From: Nitrospinota bacterium
GTDB taxonomy: Bacteria; Nitrospinota; Nitrospinia; Nitrospinales; VA-1
Assembly: GCA_038108555.1 (NCBI GenBank)
Contig: JAYNIA010000044.1
Location: 1-23,281, forward strand
Length of the DNA stretch: 23,281 nt
Direction of reading: 5' to 3'
How positions within the stretch are numbered: the stretch's first letter is position 1; the number at the start of each line of letters is the position of its first letter. The translations under genes and the position numbers were made by a program. The notes beneath the pieces were generated by a model. That model was not told the origin of the DNA, made no database searches, and was given only the letters and a program-made list of their open reading frames with translations. Below are positions 17,426-23,281 of the stretch, one piece after another.

Positions 17426-18199
17426 TTATTTTTCGGAACCGGTTTGTAGCAATTGAAAAGTTTCCTGAGAAATTTTTGTATTCAATTTCGGATCTTTATA
17501 CTTCAATCTTATTAATTCTTCCCTTTCAGGAAACTCAAGTGTCACCAGGTGCGGCCAATCGATAGAATCAATCTTTGCATATTCCTCCCACTTCACAAAA
17601 TATCTCAATTGCCCCTCTTCAAAACGAGTCATCTCTGTTGGCAGCAGGCTTCTTGAATCAATATTCAGGATGACATCACCGCCATCCTCCTGGTCTTTTG
17701 TGTGAAGAATATATTGGGATTTGTCACTGGTTAATCTGGATTTTTCTACTTTTAAAAATTCAAAATGCGGGATATGCCCGAAAAAAATTCTCAAGTGTTC
17801 GCGAAAATCAATTTGGGTACCAAGAATTTTTGTTAATAGCTTCTTTACATCCGACCCTGTATACACTCTTCCTTTTGCAGGGTCTAAAAACTGCATGCTC
17901 CCTCCGGACCGGATGAAAACTCCCATCGCCTGATTGAACAATCCATAAGTATCTACCCTGATGGACCCGTTTCCCTTCAAAACAAGAGTCTGCTTTAAAG
18001 ATTGTTTAACTTCTTTGCCGATAAATGTGGTTCGTGCAAATGATTTAACGTTGTAGATTTTATTGGCTCGTGCTTGAAGCCTTTTGAATATGTAATCGGG
18101 AGTGATGGAATTTAATGAAAAATGCGGAGGGGCTTTTTCAACGGAGGACTGACAGGCTCCCAAAAATAAAAAACCAACGATTAGCAGGCGATATCCCAT
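17426..18199 (-). CDS. Predicted lipoprotein, LolB-like / DUF4292-like
   Basis: Starting at the ATG at 18199 gives signal MGYRLLIVGFLFLGA-C (lipobox). The mature part looks beta-rich, and the gene sits at the lolB position between the TPR gene and ispE. The ORF track start at 18277 is probably too long. Confidence 0.65.
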   Translation of the reverse strand: MGYRLLIVGFLFLGACQSSVEKAPPHFSLNSITPDYIFKRLQARANKIYNVKSFARTTFIGKEVKQSLKQTLVLKGNGSIRVDTYGLFNQAMGVFIRSGGSMQFLDPAKGRVYTGSDVKKLLTKILGTQIDFREHLRIFFGHIPHFEFLKVEKSRLTSDKSQYILHTKDQEDGGDVILNIDSRSLLPTEMTRFEEGQLRYFVKWEEYAKIDSIDWPHLVTLEFPEREELIRLKYKDPKLNTKISQETFQLLQTGSEK

Positions 18200-18289
18200 A
18201 GGGGTTAATCGTTTGATGCCAAGAAAGTTAAAAAGCGCCGCTTGGCCTATACCTTTTTTCTGCAAACTTTTCCTCAAGGCGTGGCCTTG

Positions 18290-20146
18290 TCAGTAACTTT
18301 GTTGGATGAGTTTTTTTGCTTTTTCAATTTTTTCCTGGAGGGTTTTCGGGTTGGGCATTTCACCCCCCAGATCACCTTTCTGGTGAAGCGTTAAAGATCG
18401 GCTGTTTTTCCAGGCACCTTTGGCTTCATCATAATTTTTGAGAGAAAACAGAATATCTCCCAGGTGGTCGTAAAGGACGGGGTCTGGGTCGGTATAAATC
18501 AAGGCTTTTTGAATCTGGGCAAGGGCTTTTTCTGAATCTCCTTTTTTGAAATATATCCACCCGAGGCTGTCTAAAAAATATCCATTCCGGGGCTGTATGG
18601 TGAGGGCCTTAGTAAGGTGCTCCAAAGCACGGTCCAGGTCGCGACCTTCAAGGGCATAGATATATCCCAAAAAGTTATGCGCATTGGAGTGCAGAGGATT
18701 TATTTCGATGGCCTTTCTCATGTTCTCAATGGCACCTTTAAAATCTCCGGCCTTTTCCAGCAAGGCACCCAACTCAAAATAGTAAGAGTCTTTTTTCGGG
18801 TTGAGAGCTAAAGCTTTTTTCATACTTTCTACAGCTTTATCGTTTTCTTTTCTCGACATATATGCCAACGCCAGGGAATGAAAAATTTGATCATTTTCTG
18901 GTTCCAGCTCGGCCGCCTTTTGTAAAAGCTGGATTGCGGATTCCGTGTCGTCAGCAAGATGATATAAACGGGCAGCGTATCTGAGAATGTCCATTGATTC
19001 CGGTTCAATTTTCCTCAGCAATTCAAATTGCTCGATTGCTTTGTCTAATCGCCCCTGATTTTCATAAATTCGGGTCATGAGCACATGAGGATCTTTATGA
19101 TCATCGGCAGCCAGAACCAGTTGGAATTCGTCCAAGGCTCTTAAATAAAGGGTCTCCTCAAAATAAATGGCGGCAATTCTCATGTGAACATTCGGTTGCT
19201 TGGAAAGCTCTGCAGGAATTCCCTTCTGGTTTGAAATTTCTTTTTGATACTCTTGAGAGGAGGAATTTTGAATTTTCTCTATGCGTTTCTTAATAAAAGG
19301 ATTGTCCTGCTTCAGTTTTATCAAGAGTCTGTATTCTTTAAGTGCCTCCTTTTCTTTCCCCAGTTTTTCGTAAACCCAGGCAAGGTATTTTCGAGCTTGT
19401 AAAAGGTTTGGTTTCAAAATAACTGCCATTTGAAAACTTTTTTCAGCAGCTTCCAGTTCATTATTTTGAAGCAAAGCCCGCCCCAGGTAGAATTGGCCCA
19501 AAGGATTACTGTGTTCCAGTTTCGCGGCCTGCTGATACATATCCCTGGCCTCTTTCCATTTACCCTGCTCTTCCAAAACCGTTCCCTTTAAAAAAATGGC
19601 ACGAGCGTTTTTAGGATTCAGCTGGCTCACTCTTTCGTAGTGATAAATGGCGGGAAAGGATTTCCCCTGACTGGCGAGAATATCGCCCAGATCCATATGA
19701 ATGGCTTTATTTTTTGGAAACTTTTTTAATGCTTCCTGGCCTGCTTTAAGGGCTTCGTCCAACTTGCCGGTTCTTAATAACAGGCGAACATGCTTTTCAA
19801 AAAACTCTTCGGTATCGGGATCGTATTTTACAATTTCTTCATAATGGGCAGCCGCTTCTTCAAACTGGTATTTCTTCTCGGCTTCCAGGGACATGAGGTA
19901 ATGGAAATAGGCTCTGGGATCTTTACTGTCCAAAGGTTTGGAAAGTTGCCTTTTCTGCTCATACATTTTCGCAGCATAGGACATAGAAAGGTCTAAATCT
20001 GGTGATTTGGTTTCTATATTGCTGGGAATCGTAGAACAGCTACTAAGGAACAAAAGAGTGAGGGGTAAAAGAAAAATTACTGCGGACAACCCGCTCCTTT
20101 TCCCAATATTCCGTGAAAAGAGATTATCCATTGAAACATTCCTCAT
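18290..20146 (-). CDS. Tetratricopeptide-repeat lipoprotein
   Basis: Hydrophobic signal ending LSS-C, many TPR units, and C-terminal NFLGY...GYFLDSLGWIYF...LYDHLGD typical of the TPR gene upstream of lolB-ispE. Exact start uncertain. Confidence 0.9.
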   Translation of the reverse strand: MRNVSMDNLFSRNIGKRSGLSAVIFLLPLTLLFLSSCSTIPSNIETKSPDLDLSMSYAAKMYEQKRQLSKPLDSKDPRAYFHYLMSLEAEKKYQFEEAAAHYEEIVKYDPDTEEFFEKHVRLLLRTGKLDEALKAGQEALKKFPKNKAIHMDLGDILASQGKSFPAIYHYERVSQLNPKNARAIFLKGTVLEEQGKWKEARDMYQQAAKLEHSNPLGQFYLGRALLQNNELEAAEKSFQMAVILKPNLLQARKYLAWVYEKLGKEKEALKEYRLLIKLKQDNPFIKKRIEKIQNSSSQEYQKEISNQKGIPAELSKQPNVHMRIAAIYFEETLYLRALDEFQLVLAADDHKDPHVLMTRIYENQGRLDKAIEQFELLRKIEPESMDILRYAARLYHLADDTESAIQLLQKAAELEPENDQIFHSLALAYMSRKENDKAVESMKKALALNPKKDSYYFELGALLEKAGDFKGAIENMRKAIEINPLHSNAHNFLGYIYALEGRDLDRALEHLTKALTIQPRNGYFLDSLGWIYFKKGDSEKALAQIQKALIYTDPDPVLYDHLGDILFSLKNYDEAKGAWKNSRSLTLHQKGDLGGEMPNPKTLQEKIEKAKKLIQQSY

Positions 20147-20168
20147 AATTACTTGTAATCTTTATACT

Positions 20169-20483
20169 TTAACCAATGGCTTTGGTAATCAGTTTTATTT
20201 TACTAATACGTTGCTTCCCTGCTTTGCCATTTAGCTCTTGAATAATCTTATTTTTCAAACTCTCTAGCGAAGGCAACCATTCTGCCCCCTGAACCCGGAC
20301 ATGCAATGTTCCTCTGGTGAATTTATCAATTGAAGAAATCTTTGATATTTCTTTCCCTACAACCAGATTCCATTGATAGCTCCACCATTCACTTTCATCC
20401 TTCTTCAAATTTTCGGGCAAAGAACCTGTTAATACGGAACCTAAATCCGACCAGTTTTTATTCAGGTCTTGCTTTCTTATCAT
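20169..20483 (-). CDS. DUF721 / DciA-family protein (putative helicase-operating protein)
   Basis: 104 aa with the pattern W..VVG.EI......G.LHVRV....W...L...K..II..LN...G...I..I.L. Confidence 0.75.
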   Translation of the reverse strand: MIRKQDLNKNWSDLGSVLTGSLPENLKKDESEWWSYQWNLVVGKEISKISSIDKFTRGTLHVRVQGAEWLPSLESLKNKIIQELNGKAGKQRISKIKLITKAIG

Positions 20484-20740
20484 AATCCAAATAAACCCAT
20501 TTTTACCCTAATCAACAGGGAAGAGTCGTAAAAATACTCTAAACGTGTAAGGAGAAATTATCCCCTGCCGTGTAGGGTTCAAAGTTGCGCCCAAATCTTA
20601 TTTTAGCTTTGTTAATGCTTAATTTAAAGAAATAACTTTCAAACTAAAGATATACAAAAACATGCTTATAAAATTCAGGCCTTCCCTCGTTCTCCAGGGC
20701 TCTATTCCATATTGCCACTGGTGGTGCGGCAGTGATATGA

Positions 20741-20768
20741 TTGAAATAACGGGGATTCAAGGTATACT
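20741..20768 (+). promoter_or_regulatory. sigma70-like promoter upstream of the RsbW-like gene
   Basis: TTGAAA (20741-20746), 16 bp spacer, TATACT (20763-20768), 32 nt before the ATG at 20801. Confidence 0.5.
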
Positions 20769-20800
20769 GATTGCTTAAACCATTAATTTTTAATATCCGT

Positions 20801-21244
20801 ATGTCCCAACCCATCAAACTTTCCATACCGAGTCACCCCAAATATCTTGGTTTGATAAGAAAAGTTCTCCAGGAACTTCTGGATACCCATGAAGTTCCTG
20901 AAGAAACGGCAAGGCGATTGATCCTTTGCGTGGATGAAGCCTGCTCCAATGTAATTAAACATAGTTATGAAGGTCCCTGCGAAGAACCTATCGAAGCAAC
21001 ATTTTTTTTCGATGGGGAAGACTTCAAAGTCCAAATCAGGGATTACGGAAAACAATGCGATAGCAGCGAAATCAAACCGCGCTGCCTCGACACCATAAAG
21101 CCCGGGGGATTGGGAACCCACTTCATAAACGAAATAATGGATGAAGTCAGCTACTGTACAGAACGTGCAAAGGGTACCTTGCTGACTATGGTTAAGAAAT
21201 TAAAATGCGAGCTAACATCGGGTCAGGAGAAAGATAAGGAATGA
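20801..21244 (+). CDS. RsbW/SpoIIAB-like anti-sigma factor Ser/Thr kinase (HATPase_c-like)
   Basis: N box DEACSNVIKH, G1 IRDYG, G2 GGLGTHFINEIMDEV, GT.L.M.K. ATG 20801 preferred over TTG 20771. Confidence 0.9.
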   Translation: MSQPIKLSIPSHPKYLGLIRKVLQELLDTHEVPEETARRLILCVDEACSNVIKHSYEGPCEEPIEATFFFDGEDFKVQIRDYGKQCDSSEIKPRCLDTIKPGGLGTHFINEIMDEVSYCTERAKGTLLTMVKKLKCELTSGQEKDKE

Positions 21245-21579
21245 GCATTGAATTGAAATTAGAGCACCCGGCGGACAATACCGTAACGGTATCAATTCAG
21301 GGAGACATCGACATGAGCTCCTCTACCAAAGTCCGCGATACGCTTACCCCTCTGTTTCAAGACAATAATAAAGCCATCATTGTGGATTTATCGGGGGTCT
21401 CCTACATCGATAGTTCCGGCATCGCAACCCTTGTGGAAGGTCTGCAATGGAGCCATAGCAACCAAAGCAAATTCCGGTTGGCTTCCATGACTCCCGGGGT
21501 CAAGGACGTGTTCGAAATAGCACGTCTGTTAACAGTATTCGAAGTTTTCGACACAAAAGAAGAAGCCCTCGCCCCCTAG
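21241..21579 (+). CDS. STAS-domain anti-sigma factor antagonist (RsbV/SpoIIAA-like)
   Basis: GDID, IIVDLSGVSYIDSSGIATLV (phospho-acceptor Ser motif), VKDVFEIARL. ATGA overlap with the kinase gene and RBS AAGGA/GGAG. Confidence 0.93.
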   Translation: MSIELKLEHPADNTVTVSIQGDIDMSSSTKVRDTLTPLFQDNNKAIIVDLSGVSYIDSSGIATLVEGLQWSHSNQSKFRLASMTPGVKDVFEIARLLTVFEVFDTKEEALAP

Positions 21580-21684
21580 CGGGGGAGGCAACTGGCCCTA
21601 ACTAAATTGCGTCAAACCTGATCTTTAGCGTCGCGATAAAAGTTTGCGCACTTTATTTGCCCGTGAGGACACCAACGAAAAATT

Positions 21685-22503
21685 ATGGTCAGATCATTTT
21701 TTGGTTTCATTGGAAGAAGGGGTTATGGACTCGTGGATGCTTCTGCGGATTTTTTCCGTGAAATCAGCGGCCTCTACTACCTGACCCGATCGACTTTATA
21801 TTGCACTTTCATTGAACCGTTAAGAGGAAAGCCAATTAAATGGCGTCCAGTATGGACCCAAATGGAAGAGGTCGGTGTTAAATCGTCTACCATTGTATTT
21901 CTGGTTTCGTTTTTGATAGGCGTTATCCTTGCCTTCCAATCAGCGCATCAATTGAATCGACTCGGGGCTCTGGAATTCGTCGGTGCCCTGGTGGGTGTTG
22001 CAATCCTGAGGGAACTTGGACCCTTAATGACGGCATTGGTAATGGCCGGTCGCGTAGGCGCGGCGTTCACCGCAGAAATGGGAACCATGAAAGTTTCTGA
22101 TGAAGTGCTTGCATTGGAAACCATGGCGTTAAACCCGGTCAAATTTTTGATCACTCCCCGTTTCCTGGCACTGTTAATCATGCTGCCGTGCCTGACGGTC
22201 ATGGCCGACCTTATGGGAATTTTTGGTGGATTCCTGATCGGCATAACAACTTTGGGAATTGATCCCGTCGTTTACATCAACAACTCCCTCGATGCCATGG
22301 AGGTTAAAGATGTTGTTACGGGATTAATAAAAAGTGGTGTGTTTGCTGTCATCATTGTGATGGTTGGAAGTTACATGGCTTTCATCATTGAAGGCGGAGC
22401 GGAAAAGGTGGGACAAAACACCCGCACCGCAGTGGTCGTGTCTATGATCCTTGTGATCATTGCGGATCTGGTATTTACATCATTATTTTTCTTTGTGTTC
22501 TGA
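21685..22503 (+). CDS. mlaE: MlaE-family ABC transporter permease
   Basis: RELGPLMTALVMAGRVGAAFTAEMGTMKVSDEVLALETM, L..PR..A and GGA..VG..T..AVV motifs. Confidence 0.93.
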   Translation: MVRSFFGFIGRRGYGLVDASADFFREISGLYYLTRSTLYCTFIEPLRGKPIKWRPVWTQMEEVGVKSSTIVFLVSFLIGVILAFQSAHQLNRLGALEFVGALVGVAILRELGPLMTALVMAGRVGAAFTAEMGTMKVSDEVLALETMALNPVKFLITPRFLALLIMLPCLTVMADLMGIFGGFLIGITTLGIDPVVYINNSLDAMEVKDVVTGLIKSGVFAVIIVMVGSYMAFIIEGGAEKVGQNTRTAVVVSMILVIIADLVFTSLFFFVF

Positions 22504-23281
22504 TGATAGAAATCAAACATCTCAGGAAATCTTTTGGTGAAGGTGACAAGCGCATCGTCGTGCTCGATGATTTCAATGCCAAAATGGAAAAGGGACAGAT
22601 CACTTCCATTATTGGCGGTAGTGGCAGTGGAAAAAGCACCGTGCTCAAACATCTGATTGGTGCTTATACTCCCGACTCCGGGGAAATCTGGATCGATGGC
22701 GAAGAGGTCAGCCTGTTAAAAGGAGAAGCGGCAAACGGTGTCAGAAAAAAATTTGGCATCATGTTTCAAAGCGGTGCCTTGTTCAATTCCTTAACGGTTG
22801 AAGACAATGTCGCGCTTCCCATGAGAGAACATACCGACCTGAATGAAAGCACCATTCAAATAATGGTAAAAATGAAACTGGAGATGGTGGGGTTAAGGGG
22901 GGCCGAGCACCTTAAGCCCGCGCAACTTTCTGGAGGTATGATCAAACGCATCGCTTTGGCCCGGGCCATTGCTCTTGATCCAAAAATCGTTTTTTATGAT
23001 GAACCTTCAGCCGGACTCGACCCCATCTCCATTGGCGTGATCGATAAACTCATTATCGACCTCAGCCGGAAGATGGGAATCACCTCGGTGGTTGTCACTC
23101 ATGAAATTCCGAGCGCCATGAGAATTTCTGATAAAATTATTATGTTATTCAAAGGAAAAATTATCGCCTCAGGTTCTCCTGAGGAGATTAGAAACAGCGA
23201 AGACCCAAGGGTGAAGCAGTTTATTGATGGAAGCCCGGATGGCCCGATTCCATTCAGTAAAAGTTTGACGGATTATGGCGA
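22503..23281 (+). CDS. mlaF: MlaF/Mkl-family ABC ATPase, 3'-truncated by the window end (absent from the ORF track)
   Basis: ATG at 22503 overlaps the mlaE stop (TGATG). Translates MIEIKHLRKSF..GGSGSGKST (Walker A), MFQSGALF, LSGGMIKR, FYDEPSAGLDP (Walker B) and VVTHE, and stays open to the end of the window. Confidence 0.93.
   Translation, partial: MIEIKHLRKSFGEGDKRIVVLDDFNAKMEKGQITSIIGGSGSGKSTVLKHLIGAYTPDSGEIWIDGEEVSLLKGEAANGVRKKFGIMFQSGALFNSLTVEDNVALPMREHTDLNESTIQIMVKMKLEMVGLRGAEHLKPAQLSGGMIKRIALARAIALDPKIVFYDEPSAGLDPISIGVIDKLIIDLSRKMGITSVVVTHEIPSAMRISDKIIMLFKGKIIASGSPEEIRNSEDPRVKQFIDGSPDGPIPFSKSLTDYG

Noticed and set aside
20644..20826. 60 aa minus-strand ORF in the dciA-kinase intergenic region
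   Set aside because: It overlaps the kinase start and its predicted promoter, and has no clear RBS or recognisable features.
22371..22652. 93 aa minus-strand ORF across the mlaE/mlaF junction
   Set aside because: Antisense to mlaE and to the mlaF frame that the ORF track missed because it lacks a stop in the window.

Overview
Mostly housekeeping DNA from a diderm bacterium. It has the futalosine menaquinone gene mqnA, MEP-pathway ispE, long-form hisG and DciA; the gene content is reminiscent of Nitrospinota/delta-proteobacteria-like lineages, which is an unverified impression. From left to right: tRNA-Leu(CAG); a ~600 bp hairpin-rich non-coding region with a 287-bp-period direct repeat; an LPG-synthase-like membrane protein and ribF; tatB; two convergent DUF2231-like genes; three RNA-modification genes (TrmH family, dusB, RluA family); YqgE/AlgH and an LRR protein; hisI-hisG; a Pro/Glu-rich membrane-anchored orphan; a long minus-strand run (dciA, TPR lipoprotein, LolB-like lipoprotein, ispE, tRNA-Gln, prs, rplY, pth, hppA, mqnA); and an RsbW-like kinase plus STAS protein ahead of mlaE-mlaF, which is cut by the window end. 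I found no transposase, integrase, CRISPR or defence genes. The best leads are a possible phospho-switch (RsbW/STAS) linked to an Mla/MCE transporter, a dispersed REPIN-like double-hairpin family with a composite repeat next to the tRNA, the convergent His-conserving DUF2231 pair, and a terminator-like hairpin directly upstream of the mqnA RBS. All family assignments come from motif recognition, not from database searches.
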